Shown here: piece after piece, positions 1 to 12,222 of the stretch | How the letters are laid out: every line of letters begins with the position of its first letter | Position numbering within the stretch: position 1 is the first letter of the stretch | Assembly: GCA_964016885.1 (NCBI GenBank) | Contig: CAXHJY010001428.1 | Span: forward strand, 1-44,199 | Direction of reading: 5' to 3' | Length of the DNA: 44,199 nt | Origin: Eledone cirrhosa | Lineage: Eukaryota | The notes under the pieces: model-generated | The model's database searches: none | What the model saw: the letters and a program-made list of their open reading frames with translations, nothing else | Told to the model about the DNA's origin: nothing | Program-made: the position numbers and the translations under genes

Positions 1-639
1 AGTGAATAATTTCATTTTATTTTATTTAACCTCCAGCTGTGTTAAGAAATTGAATAACTCCATCGAAAAATTAAAACATTTCCCTCATATTTTTAAAAAA
101 TCTATGTGAATATAATTTGCAAAAGAAATAAATCAATAGATATTAATAAGAGGTGGGGGACGGGAGAAAACATGTTCTTGTATTTTACCTCATCAAAAAT
201 ATAATATTTATTCAATATTTTCTATAATATCTATCGTTTTTAAAAATCTCGTCATAAACAAAACCTAGCATTACGTCTGCCGCTTAATAGGGGCGGTGAA
301 GAATTTAGCTGATTTATGTGGTAAGGAGAGGAAAACCCCCAATGACTCATTTTCATCTGATGTTGCAAAAGTATCTTTGACTCTTTCCCTAATATACGCC
401 TACTTTCTCCCCCCCCCCCCCCCCCCCCCATCTCTCTCTCTATATATATATATATGGAAAGAGTTAGTTCCCTTTTGGGTATTTTTTATTGTTTATTTAC
501 TTTTTGGTATTCTCCATCACTTCCTCTTTATCATCATCACAAGATTATCATATGGTGTGATACGACTTTTGTAGAGATCTGTAGTAATTTACATCACAGA
601 GACAGTAATGTTGCTTACTTTACAATTTTATTGTTTGTA

Positions 640-1000
640 AAGATTTTCGAGATCTGGAAGTTATATGTGGTGAGGCTTAGTTTGCTCTTGTGGACTTAAG
701 TCTGACAGTATGTTGACATTTCATGACATCTGTCATATTCAGGGTTGCCAGATTGGGATATAGTACATATTGCACGCTACACCTTTTCTCTAATTTTGCG
801 CTAATTGCTATTTTAAAAATTCAAAGGTAAAAAATTCTATTCAATATCATTAAATTATCAACACAGTAAATTAGAACCGACCTACAGGCACTTCTGCGAT
901 ATCTTGCACAACTTTTTTTATGAAATCGATCTGGCAGCCATGGATATATTTCACATTCTGTCTATATTGATTTGTAATAAGTATTATTAATATATTGATG
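640..1000 (+). promoter_or_regulatory. Shared ZNF leader module, copy A (putative non-coding 5' exon), interrupted by a MITE; donor altered
   Basis: 943-998 GATATATTTCACATTCTGTCTATATTGATTTGTAATAAGTATTATTAATATATTGA aligns with the copy at 37786-37838. GTGGTGAG...GTGGACTT at about 667-698 matches the upstream part of the module. Confidence 0.6.
740..942. mobile_element. About 203-bp MITE, hAT-like, with 8-bp target-site duplication
   Basis: Terminal inverted repeats CAGGGTTGCCAGAT and ATCTGGCAGCCATG match at 12 of 14 positions. Flanks GTCATATT (732-739) and GATATATT (943-950) each differ by one base from GACATATT in the uninterrupted paralog. Confidence 0.7.
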
Positions 1001-2496
1001 CTTATAATTCATCTGATCTTTTAACCTCGTATGTTTCTTTTTAAATGTTTATTTTTCGCAAACGAATTTATCTGAGAGGTGGTGGTGGTAAATAAATAAA
1101 AAAAAAAAAGGTCTAATCTATATGAAAGTTTGGGTGCATTAGTTAGTCCTGTACTAGGATTGGGTTTTTATGTATTATTTTTATTTTTGATCGCTGCCTG
1201 CGAAAGATATTTTTCTAGCAATGTGCTGCTGCCGGCTTGTTTGTCTAAGAGTATTTTTTTCTTTTCTTTTGTTTTTTTTCGGTTAACCGTATTTCACGAA
1301 TTTATTCGATTAATTTTCTTTTAATTATATAAAATACGATGAAGCACACCACTTAATTAACCATAATTTTTTTCTTTTTTGTCGAAAATTTCTTAGGTTT
1401 CTACATTTTAAACATAGATTACGTTTCTGTAAAAAAAATTTTTTTTTTCTTTCAAAATTTCAAATTTTTAAATGTGTCATTTTTCCCCCCTGCATTAAAA
1501 TGTTTAAATATCGCAAATCATGATTCTGCATAAAAAGAAAACGAAAGAAATATCTACAAGATTTTAGGCACCCTTCCTTTTGTTTTTAGAGGTTTCTTCT
1601 ATTTAAAAAAAATCTTACAAAGTACCTCAGTTGTTAGTAGGCCTAGGTAATCTCTTTATACACACACACATACACAGTCCGTTTAAAGTACCTCTAACAT
1701 ATTCTTTCTTTATTTCAGGATATCATGATATGGAGATGAAGATAGTTCAGCATATGTATACATTTTTTAAGATGAAAGGAATTCTATATGAAGAGCGCAT
1801 GTAAACAGTCATGTTCATTAAATCCTGGATTAAATTAATAATCATCCTCTACATTTTAATGTCCATTCTTTCCACACTGCCATAGGTTTGTTAGGCTATG
1901 GCATACATCACCAATAATTTTTATCAGTTTTCAATACTTCTTTTAAAGCACAGCATTCTAAGGAGATCTGATATAGTCTCTTTCATACTTCTGGATAATT
2001 TTGTCTACTGATTAATATCTTTATATTTTACCATACACAATTAACTGGCTTCTGGACAAAACTTTTTATATAGAATCTACATTGATAAGTAGAAATATTT
2101 TAGTGATGTCTTTTTTACTTTCTAGTTTCTTATTACAAGGCAGAGTTCGGTCATAATAAGTCATTTTAGGATAATTATCTCAGAAATGATTGTATCCTAA
2201 TAAATCAAAGGAAAATATATTGTGTGATGAAAATATATTAAATAAAAGAAACTATAAAAATTGTTAAGATATTGATTTATATAATCAGATGCTAAAGAAA
2301 GACTTAATTGTATTTCACAATGTTTCACATTTCATTGTGAAGTCATCCACTGCTGGAAATAAATAATTCAACATAAATTAACTTAATTAACTTAACTGAA
2401 GATCATCATCATCATTTAACATCCGTTTTCCCTGCTAACTAGGGTTGGATGGTAAATACATTGTAATAGCAATTTTTATAGAAAACAACATTCACG

Positions 2497-3645
2497 ATGA
2501 GCAATTTGGTATCTCAACCCAAACGTGTTGCGACAGGAGACAATCGATATCACTGTGATATCTGTGGTCAAACATTCTCGCAGAGAAGAGTTTTAACAGC
2601 ACATAAATTCAATCATATGCGAGAAAATGCATCTCTCTGCGATATCTGTGGAAAGACTTTCTCTCGGAGAGGTAGCTTAACTCGACATAAACATATTCAT
2701 ACAGATGAAAAGACATATCACTGTGATATTTGTGGTAAATCATTCTCGCGAAAGTGTCACTTGTCTACACATAAATACATTCATGGAGGAGAGAAGCCAT
2801 ATCATTGTGATATTTGTGGTAAATCCTTCTCTGAAAGAAATAACTTAACTAAACATGTACTGATTCATACTGGAGAGAAACCATACCAATGTGATATATG
2901 TTTTAGATCATTCTCTCAGAAAAGTAACCTAAATACGCACAAATATATTCATAAAGAAAAGAAGCCATATCACTGTGATATCTGTGGTAAATCGTTCACT
3001 TGTGTTAGCCAAATAACCCATCACACACGTATTCATACTGGAGAGAAGCCATTTCAGTGTGATATATGTGACAAAGCATTTCCTCAAAGAAGTGGCTTAA
3101 CTAGACACAAACGGGTTCATACAGGTGAGAAGCCATTTCACTGTGATATATGTGATCGATCATTCTCTCAGAAAACTGCCCTAAATAGACATCAACTTAT
3201 TCATGCTGAAGAAGGGCCATTCCGTTGTGATATCTGTGGTAAATTCTTCGTTGATATGAACCAAGTAAACAAACACAAATGTGTTCATATTGAAGAGAAA
3301 CTGTATCAATGTGACATCTGTGATGAGTCATTCTCTCATAGAAACATCTTAGCTACACACATACGTATCCACACAGAAGAGATACCATATGAATGTGATA
3401 TATGTGGTGAATCATTCACTGAAATCAGTCCATTAATGAAACATGCACGTATTCATACTGAAGAGAGACCATATCATTGTGAAATATGTAATAAATCATT
3501 TTCTCAAAAATGTCACTTAGATACACACCAAGAAGTTCATGTGGGAGAGAAGTTTAATTGTGATACTTGTGGAAAAATATTTTCTCAAAAGGGTCAGTTA
3601 ACTAAACACAAAAAACTTCATATGGAAGAAAAGCTAGATAACTGA
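2497..3645 (+). CDS. Tandem C2H2 zinc-finger protein (ZNF-1), 382 aa, 13 fingers, no recognisable effector domain
   Basis: Intact ORF with 13 C-x2-C-x12-H-x3-H repeats and TGEKP-type linkers. Upstream acceptor TTCTTTATTTCAG ends at 1718. Confidence 0.93.
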   Translation: MSNLVSQPKRVATGDNRYHCDICGQTFSQRRVLTAHKFNHMRENASLCDICGKTFSRRGSLTRHKHIHTDEKTYHCDICGKSFSRKCHLSTHKYIHGGEKPYHCDICGKSFSERNNLTKHVLIHTGEKPYQCDICFRSFSQKSNLNTHKYIHKEKKPYHCDICGKSFTCVSQITHHTRIHTGEKPFQCDICDKAFPQRSGLTRHKRVHTGEKPFHCDICDRSFSQKTALNRHQLIHAEEGPFRCDICGKFFVDMNQVNKHKCVHIEEKLYQCDICDESFSHRNILATHIRIHTEEIPYECDICGESFTEISPLMKHARIHTEERPYHCEICNKSFSQKCHLDTHQEVHVGEKFNCDTCGKIFSQKGQLTKHKKLHMEEKLDN

Positions 3646-3915
3646 TATCTGTTGGCAAATCATATCCTGAAAGAATTTATGGAACTAAAGACAAACAGGA
3701 GAGAGGCCACATTGCTGTGATGTCTGTAGTAAATCTTTCTCTCATGGATATCAGGTAAATCACACAAATATACTTATACTGGAGAGGAAGCCAGCCACTG
3801 TTATAATTTGTTGTTGCAATTCATACTCTGAAAAGATATCGTTTAAATTTACATAGATTTATTCTTTCAAAATAACAAAGATTATTACAGAGAAGAGAAA
3901 CCATATTACTATTGA
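3646..3915 (+). other. Degenerate zinc-finger-coding remnants 3' of the ZNF-1 stop
   Basis: ACAGGAGAGAGGCCACATTGCTGTGATGTCTGTAGTAAATCTTTCTCT, ACTGGAGAGGAAGCC and GAAGAGAAACCATATTAC are linker- and finger-like sequences with frameshifts. Confidence 0.75.
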
Positions 3916-4173
3916 TGTAATTCATCTTTTATAAACTATTATTTCAGAATGGTGTTGTACTCTTTTCTGAATTATTATTAGTTCATTTTTTTTATCATTA
4001 CCATATGGATAAAAACATGCACTCAGCAAGATTCTAATTTTAATTGACTTGTACAATGAGCTGATATTTCAAACATACTTCATAAACATATAATCAGCAA
4101 CGTCTTCATGCATTTCAATCCAACTTCCATGACAAGGAATAAAAAAACAACAAAAAACAAAGGGTGAATGGTA

Positions 4174-4300
4174 ATAATTGTTTCTACTATTGGCACAAGG
4201 CCAGCAATTATCCAGTACATTACTGGTACTTTATTTTATCGGCCCCCGTAAGGATGAAAGGCAAAGTTAACCTCGGCGGGATTTGAACTCAGAATGGCAA
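4174..4300 (-). mobile_element. Partial tRNA-derived SINE (family with TTTGCCTTTCATCC..GATAAAATAAAGTACCAG body)
   Basis: Reverse complement matches the 8745-8932 copy, including the B-box GAGTTCAAATCC. Confidence 0.8.
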
Positions 4301-4761
4301 GGTGAATGGTAATAATGAAACATACACAGAGATGTACAAACAAAGGAATTGAACCTAAAAGTGACCAATGGTAACCCATGTTAAATGGTCAAACAATAAA
4401 TATGCAGTAGACTTGTATGTCCGAAACTTTAACAACAGAAACTAACCAGGGACTAAATTTTCAACAATTACAGTGGAATTGTCTGACCAAGTTGCAGAAG
4501 TATGACAAAAAGTTTGACACCAAGAACAGTGAATATAAAAGAATTTTTTGTGTGTTCTTAAATGACTAAAATGGCTCTTCCATCATTATCATCATCATTG
4601 TTTTTATATTTACTTTTTCATGCTGGTGTGGGTATGATGAGACTATTGAAGCAGTATTCTACAACTGGATGCCCTTCCTAACACCAGTTTTTTTTTTTAA
4701 GGCACTGATCTTCACAAATCAAACTGCTGAGCTTTTGTTATCAAATGTGTAGTGAAGACAT

Positions 4762-4794
<33 letters not shown>

Positions 4795-4796
<2 letters not shown>

Positions 4797-4947
4797 AAGA
4801 CAGGTTTTCTTAATGGTTTCTTTCTACTTAATTCACTCACAAGGTATTGATCAACCTAAGGCTATTGTGTCTAATGTGACACACAATGGGATTGGACTTG
4901 AAACCACATGGTTGTGATGTGAACTTCTTAACCACACAGCTATGCCA
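4795..4947 (-). mobile_element. tRNA-derived SINE, second family; related fragments at about 5440-5575 (-), 6790-6890 (+) and 26285-26410 (+)
   Basis: Minus strand begins GGCATAGCTGTGTGGTTAAGAAG (A-box-like), followed by a degenerate B-box AGTCCAATCCC. Confidence 0.6.
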
Positions 4948-5642
4948 AATACTAACGGTAAATCCTTGTTGAAAAGACAGGGAATAAACTTTATCTCTAT
5001 GAGATTTAAATATATTTTACAAATAGTTGGTCAATATGTCATATATGCATTCACACAGGAAAAAAAAAAAGACATCTCCGCAATATTTGTAAGAAAACAT
5101 TCTTTTAGCACAATCAATCATTTGCTTTATTTACAAAGCATATATCTTAATATGTGGGAGTTCTATGACAAAATAACCTTCCAACAATAATTTATATAAC
5201 CACAGATATATCAAAATTGGTGACTAAAGTTTATAGCTTAATTAGTGGTGGAATGAAGCTGAATGCAAGACCTCCCTGGAATAAACCATGAATTTTGTAT
5301 TGATGTTGCAGTGGGAAGCCGCACATGAAGATTTCAAGTTATATTCAGACTTGGTCAGAATGTTTGCAATAGAGTTGACTCCCCTAAATGCACCAAAACG
5401 TGAGAGAATGGTGAAGGTTTAAATTTACCCACCAAGAACAAGTATAGTCCATCAGACAGTCTTCCACACAGTTCCAGTCTACACACTATACGACAAGACA
5501 CTTGTCCAAGGTGCAGATAAATCATACTCAGAATCACATGATTGCAAAGCAAACTTCTTAACCAGATAGTTATGTCGATACAAACAAGAAGCAGAATCTG
5601 TTAATTCTCTCAGAAACTATAGATTAAAGAAAACAAACAATT

Positions 5643-5795
5643 GCAGTCTATGCTCATGTATAAGTCACACCTTTTTTTAATGAAAATATGATCCACAACC
5701 TTATCTACTGGACTTACAAACCTCAATTGAAAATACATGGTGTATTCTCAATACATGTAAACTGGCGGTGCAACTTCAATACAAGTATATACAGT
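5643..5795. mobile_element. Old short TIR element (pogo/Tc2-like MITE)
   Basis: Degenerate inverted termini GCAGTCTATGCTCATGTATAAGTCACACC and GGTGCAACTTCAATACAAGTATATACAGT, about 60% identical by eye. Confidence 0.4.
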
Positions 5796-7196
5796 TATTC
5801 TACGATAATAGGAAATACATGTGAGAGATATTCTTTGTTAGATTTTATTTTGTGAATAACATCGAAAGAATTATTCCAAAGCTTGGAAGATTTATATACA
5901 TTTATTTGCAGCAGGTTTTCTTCAAAAGTTGATGGTTAAGCTGAATGTAAATTTACATGTCTTAACATTTAATTTAATGAAAATAAATAAATGGTAAATG
6001 TAACCTGTAAATTATGGTCATCATCCATGTGTTAATGTTCATTTTTCAAATCATAAGTTGGACTGATCTATTCATTATCATCCTCATCATAACTTTTTGT
6101 CTTCGGTTTTCCACATTAGCATTGGTTGGATTGATTTTCAAGTTCTGAGACTAGACAGGTCAGAAAGCCATGTCTTACTCATATGTTTCAGTTTGGCATG
6201 GTTTCTATAGCTGGATGCTTTTCCTAATGTCAACCACTTTAAATGTACTGGGTGTGTTATAGTGGCACCAACACAACCACTTAATAGAGTAGATTGGGGG
6301 CATTTTATTGTGACGCTGGCACTACCGATATACATTATATAATTACTTCTCAATCTATTTTAATGTACGAAGCCACAGTATCCTGATAAATACATTCACC
6401 TCTCTTTTTTCTTTATTCTTTAGAAAGTTGTGAATAATGTTAATCAAAACTGCTGTTTGAAAACGTAATTCTAAGTTAATCATGATTTGGACAGATCTGT
6501 TCTACATTGTATCATCATTTTTTATTTGTCATATGAAGCTCCAGGGTCCTGATATCACTTCACTTCTCATTGGTCTTTATTCTTTAGAAAATATGTAACT
6601 ATAAGTTAATCTAAAGTAAATTATACTGTAGATTATCTGTTATCTCCTGTCTAGTTACAAATAGACATTGACATCACTATTTTGTTTTCTGATTTATTAC
6701 ATTCGCTTTATTTACTTTGGATGGACTTGTGCTTTACAAACTAAACTAAAACATATCAGTTTAAAACTACCCAGGTAATAACGAAAGTATATGGCCTAGT
6801 TCTTAGAGTGTTGCACTTGCAATCATAAGGTTGTGTGTTCAATTCCTAGTTTGGGTGCTGTGCACTTGAGTAGGTTACTTCATTTCATGTTGCTTTTCAT
6901 GAAAGCACTGGGGTCCCCATCATTAAAACACCCAAGAAAGCTCCTATGAGATGCAACCTCGTTGGAAGTCACCTAAATCTGCATATGTGTAAGCTTTAAC
7001 TTTTAAAGGAGTAGCAGATAAAAGGCAGTATATTTTTGGCACTCAAAGAGCTATTTCATTTGTAGTGTAATTATTTAAGATTAATGATGTAATAACTTTT
7101 TAAACTTAATGTACAATAATAATTAGTTCTATGAAGAGAAATATCAAAGAAAATATTTTGCTATGTATATGTGAAGTTAATTCTATTGCTAGAGTA

Positions 7197-8051
7197 CAAG
7201 GTTTGTCACAAAAGTAAAGGTACTGATTTTTCTATGTACGACATGGTAACACAGAACTACATTGGTATATAGGTTTGTCTGATATGACCTTAGCTGCATA
7301 TAGATACTTATTTCAATATGATCGAATGAGTCAGTCGTGAATTATTGGTGTTTATGTACAGACGTGTTTATAACCTATTATTTTTGCGATGCAGGAAAAT
7401 ATCGAACAACAGTACGCAATCAAAGTTTTTCTGTGTAACTCAACAAATTTGCCACCAAAACTTTTAATTCTTTAACACTCTATTGAGAAATAAGGTTTTT
7501 AAGTCACACAAAGCTTTCAAAGAGGGTCAAGAAAATGTTTGAAGACGAATCTCATTCTGGAAGGCTAATCTTATGAACAAAATGTGGAAGTGGTATGAGT
7601 GGTGATGCTGAATGATCACTGATTAGGTGTTGGGATGGTTGCAGAAGAAATGAGCTTGGATAAAAACTCAGTTTATAGAATTTTAATAGACCATTTGCAC
7701 ATGTGAAAAAAAAAGCTAACGAGCTGGAAATTTATCAGGATTTGCCAGAAAAACACTCTGTCTTCCATATCCTCCCTACAGCCCAGATCTAGCTCAGTGT
7801 AATTTCTACTTCTTCCCTAAATTGAAATCGAAGTTGAAGGGTCATCGTTTTGGGACTGGAAAAATACAAAAAAAATTGTAACCGACAAGCTAAGGACACA
7901 CACGAAATGACTTCTGGTACTCCTACAAACATTAGAACCACTGTATAACTTCCCTAGGTTGGTATTTTGAAGGAGTTAACTTGTAATTTCATGTACATCT
8001 AATATATATTTAAATAAAACATCAGTACTCATACACTTGTGACAAACCTTG
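7197..8051 (+). mobile_element. Internally deleted, decayed mariner (Tc1/mariner) DNA transposon
   Basis: Termini CAAGGTTTGTCACAA...TTGTGACAAACCTTG with TA on both sides (7195-7196, 8052-8053). Transposase remnants MQENIEQQYAIK (about 7389), KAFKEGQENV and PPYSPDLAQCNFYFFPKLKSKLKGHRF (about 7770-7850, the mariner YSPDLAP motif). Confidence 0.9.
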
Positions 8052-8744
8052 TATAACAATAGTTAATCTTTTATATTTGCTTAAACTGACACAAGATAAA
8101 AAATATTTAGATCCAACCTTGGAAATCAAATAAATCTGATCATTTTGTATAACTTTTTTACAATGTGATTTTTTTTCATTTCTGGATATTCTAATTCTGT
8201 TTGTGTTATGCCCAACAACAAGAATTTATGTTGTTCACAGCTTCTGTATATACTGTTGCTAATGTGGATACAGGGTATTTGGGATTGTTTCTGAATGGAA
8301 TCATCATCATTTTATGTCCACTTTTCCCTGCTTGCAAGGGTGGGACGGGAACTGATTCTGGCTTGATTTCTACAGCTGGATGCCTTTCCTAACACCAATC
8401 TCATTTACAGTGAGTGCTGGGTGCTTTTTTTCCGTGGCGCCTACACGTCCACTTTACAGTGTGGGCTGGGTGCTTTTTTGCCATGGCACCTCCACGACCA
8501 TATATAAAATATTATATTGGTCTCCATTTTTGCAATCATAGTTGTAGTCAACAACCTGAAATCTGAATAAAGATAGTTTAATTAACTATAAATTATTGCT
8601 CATTGATTGCATGTGTAAAACATTTTACCATAATTTGTACAAAAAGAACCAGAAACAGGAGAATTGATAAACTAACTCCAAAGTGATTTTCACAAACTGT
8701 TTACTTCAAAGTTATACAATTGGTTGACATTATTTGATACTAAA

Positions 8745-9135
8745 GGGCGGTGTATTGGCAGTATTGGTAGAGGGTCAGACGCCATGCTTTGCAGCAAAGA
8801 GTTACGGCCCTTTATGGTCTGAGTTCAAATCCTGCCGCGGTTAACTTTGCCTTTCATCCCTACGGGGTCGATAAAATAAAGTACCAGTAATACACTGGGA
8901 TAATTGCTGGCCTTGTGCCAAAAGTAGAAACAATTATTTGATACTAAAGGGTGTTGGATTAGCAGTATCGGTAGAGCATCAGATATCATGCTTTGCAGCA
9001 GAGTTATGGCCCTTTACATTCTGGGTTCAAATCTCGCCAAGGTTAGCTTTGTCTTTCATCCTTACAGGGTCAATAAAACAAAGCACCAGTAATGCACTGG
9101 GGTTGATTTAATTGACTTTCTCCTCTGCCAAAATC
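8745..9135 (+). mobile_element. Two head-to-tail tRNA-derived SINEs (8745-8932 and 8949-9135); other copies at about 9160-9360 (-), 11960-12140, 17604-17663 (-), 19880-20010 and 25631-25818
   Basis: A-box TGGCAGTATTGG, B-box G(A/G)GTTCAAATC and a shared body. The 16-mer ATTATTTGATACTAAA occurs at 8729, 8933 and 9136. Confidence 0.85.
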
Positions 9136-10379
9136 ATTATTTGATACTAAATACTAGATATTGATTTCTAATTTAAGCTCAAAGCCAGCAAAATTGATTA
9201 AATCAACCTCGGTGTTGGACTAGTACTTTATTTTTTTAACTCTAAAAAGATAAAAAGAAAAGTTGACCTTGATAAGATTTGAATTCAGAATGTAAAGGAC
9301 CAGAACAAATACCGCAATGGCATTTTATACAAGGTTCTACCAATTCTGCTTATCCACCACCTTTGTAAATATTATATATTAGAGGATGGCATGCTGTGAA
9401 TATGTGTCAAACAGGATAACTTTGTACATGTGATGTGCTCTATGTTTATGACACATACCATTCTCTGCTGGTATCTGAAAATATATTAAATATATATATG
9501 AATATGAATATGTGTAAATATCATCATCATTTTCGTTTTACGTCTGTTTTCCACGCTAGCATGGGTTAGACGGAAAACAGACGTTAAACGAAGGTGATGA
9601 TGATGATTATAAAAAATGATGATGATATTTACATATATATATATATATATTCATATTTAGAAACCTATCCGATATTTTTATCGATTTTAATCAATAAGAG
9701 ACAGTCCAGGTTTGTTTTTAACATTTCTGTATTTATCGTGGTTGTGGTATACGTCAGTGACGAAGAGTAACCTGGAATGCAGGGCATGCAGTCCAATCGC
9801 CATGGCGAAAAGTGGGGCTGTGCAGCCTTATATACATAGGTGTCAAAAGTATATGTTTTCGGCTTTATTGAATTTTAGTTGAAAGTGAGGTTAGGGGTGC
9901 ATTGCCTTGATAACAACCATCAGTCAGAAACAGCCATTGGTAATTTCCTCCCGCTGGAACACATTAGATGGTGCTCTGCCATCAGATTCCAAAATTCATA
10001 GCTAAAGGCTTTCAAATGTTTATTCATAAACATACCATATATCATTAGATATACAAAATACACACACTTATATGTATACAGCTATGTTGGAGTGAACACC
10101 TTAATTTTAATTCTCTTTCTTGTTGAGGCCGAGCCGGCCTACAGCTCCATATGCAAATGAGGCTAATCAGCCCATATAAAATCCTTAGCTTCACACACTA
10201 ACTTCCTGACAGCAATCTACACGTCCAACGAACTTGCCAAAAATCATGCATTCTCATGAATGTAAGCAACCCCACTGCACACAAAAAGTTTCCATTTTCC
10301 ATGTTTGCATGTGAGAATGTGTCTGTGTTAATGTTTACTGTTTGCCTAGTGAGGAATTTAGTGTGTAAAAGGGTGTCTA

Positions 10380-10685
10380 TCTGAGCTCTCCTCACTCCTT
10401 TCCTGTTTAATATAGTTCTCCAGGTCCTAACAGAAGAGTTTAACACAAACTGCTCGGGGAACTCTCATATGCCGGTCACCTAGTTCTTGCAGCTAAAACT
10501 GCAGAAGGCTTAGAGAAGAAATTTCAAACATGAATGCAAAATTTAGAACCAAGAGATCTGAAAGTAAATCTAGCAAAGACTAAAATTCTAGTTAACAGGA
10601 TGAAAGCTAGGACTCTATTACCATGGGGAAATTAGTCATGTAGGATATGCAAAAACGAAGTAGGTAACATTCCATATTGTGTAGT
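10380..10685 (+). mobile_element. RTE-like LINE reverse-transcriptase fragment (decayed)
   Basis: Translates as IVLQVLTEEFNTNCSGELSYAGHLVLAAKTAEGLEKKFQT*MQNLEPRDLKVNLAKTKIL, homologous to the fragment at 33100-33280. Confidence 0.8.
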
Positions 10686-11115
10686 GGGATCAACTCCTTC
10701 CTGTATGTGGTTTGCACGGCTTTCACATGTCATTCTCTAGTTTAGTTTTCTTAGCAATCGCTAGACTAGTGTGTGTGAAACCCTTCATGCCAAAAAATGT
10801 TTGATATAGTGGCTTAGCAAAAAACCTTTCTTGTAGTTGTCTCACTAGGAAGAGGGTGTCAGTGTACCTTGCCTTGGCATAAACTCAAGCTGGTATCTCA
10901 TCTAAACTAATTGTCTTTCAAATTAGTTGTTTTATAACTCTTTTTATTACTTTCATCAAGGAAAAAAGATGATACTTTTTATTTTTCTCATTTTTCTGTA
11001 AACCAAATAAAAGGTTAATTAATATAGTATCTTATGCAACCATTTTTTAGTGTACTCATTAAAATATCTTTTTTTTTTTCGTAAATAAATCTTGATAGAA
11101 AAAAAATTATAATAG

Positions 11116-11346
11116 TGTGGGGCTGCCCTGGGAGGAGATTGCCGAAAGTTGCGGGGACACCTGACCGGAAGCATGAGGACGAGTGACGTCACACGAGGGT
11201 CAATGGGCTACTCTCCTGCACCTTTGTACTAGCAGTTCATGTTCTGTGAAGGCAGACTGAGTTGGACGTATCGCACGTGGAGAGTGGAACGACTCTGGCC
11301 AAAGTGATTCGAAGACGCAAGGTAAGTCCAAATGCCTCCGGCTACA
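11116..11346. mobile_element. Candidate solo LTR (231 bp)
   Basis: Sharply bounded GC-rich island in AT-rich DNA. It starts TGTGG, ends CTACA, and is flanked by AATAG and TATAG (4 of 5 matching, TSD-like). Confidence 0.5.
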
Positions 11347-12222
11347 TATAGCATATTACCAAAATTATTGCCACATCATAGAGACATGTTATCAATATAA
11401 ATGTGATAAAACAATGAGTAGAGATACCTTGCAAAAAATCTCCACACTTCTGATACTGTATACTACTGTATTACATGGAGTAATGAAATAGCACATGTAT
11501 TTCTATGGAATGGTCTACTATATACATTAATTTATTTTCTCTCATGTGTTTGAATATATTCGATATTAAAACATCTGAACAAAGTTAAACTTCTGATTGA
11601 CTTTGTTTAAGAGTATACAATTGTGATTATAATTGTTTGTGTTTGTAAATCAGAATGGATATTAAAAATAATCACAAGTAAACCAAATATTGTAGAGAGA
11701 GGTTTATATATATATATTTATAAAATATTTGCACAAACTATACAGACTCTTATATCATTTAAAGTAGGGTTGAATGTCTCAATGTCAAAAATATGTTTGT
11801 GTTCAGTTCAACAATGTTGGGAAAGAGTCCTACAATAAATCTAAATATTAATAATATAATGAAAAATTTATCATATATACAACTTTCTTTAGTTTGTTTC
11901 AAACCAAAATGACTATAGTATGTTTGAACAATTATGACATGTTAAATGAACATTTGAACATCATCCGCCTGAATTCTGGTGTCAACTCTTTCTGTCAAGG
12001 TTGACTTTACCTCTCACCCAACTGATGTTTATAAAATATGCACCAGGCAGAGAACTAGGCCAATTGACTAAATCCCTTGACGGTGGCACTCTAATTTAGC
12101 TGCAGTCCTATGACGTAAACCGGTAAAAGAATAAAATACATGAACATATACAAAATCAGACAGCTGTAAATAGTTTTGTCCACAACTTCCATTCAGTGTT
12201 AAATTGAAAAATCTCAACTGTA

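Noticed and set aside
296-1324. Short hydrophobic ORFs and the poly-C run near 408-429
   Set aside because: Low-complexity sequence with non-ATG starts in two of the three ORFs and no recognisable domain.
3643-3645. A-to-I editing of the TGA stops of ZNF-1 or ZNF-4 to extend the arrays
   Set aside because: The downstream ghost fingers are out of frame, so read-through alone would not restore them.
8745-8840. A-box and B-box suggesting a tRNA gene
   Set aside because: No convincing cloverleaf; it continues into a dispersed repeat body, so it is a SINE head.
8729-9151. Repeat-spacer-repeat pattern resembling a CRISPR array
   Set aside because: The spacers are about 190-bp homologous SINEs, the repeats are TSD-like, the context is eukaryotic and there are no cas genes.
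10085-10200. TGTTG start, ATGCAAAT octamer and TATAAAA, resembling an LTR or promoter
   Set aside because: No matching terminus, TSD or associated gene could be identified.
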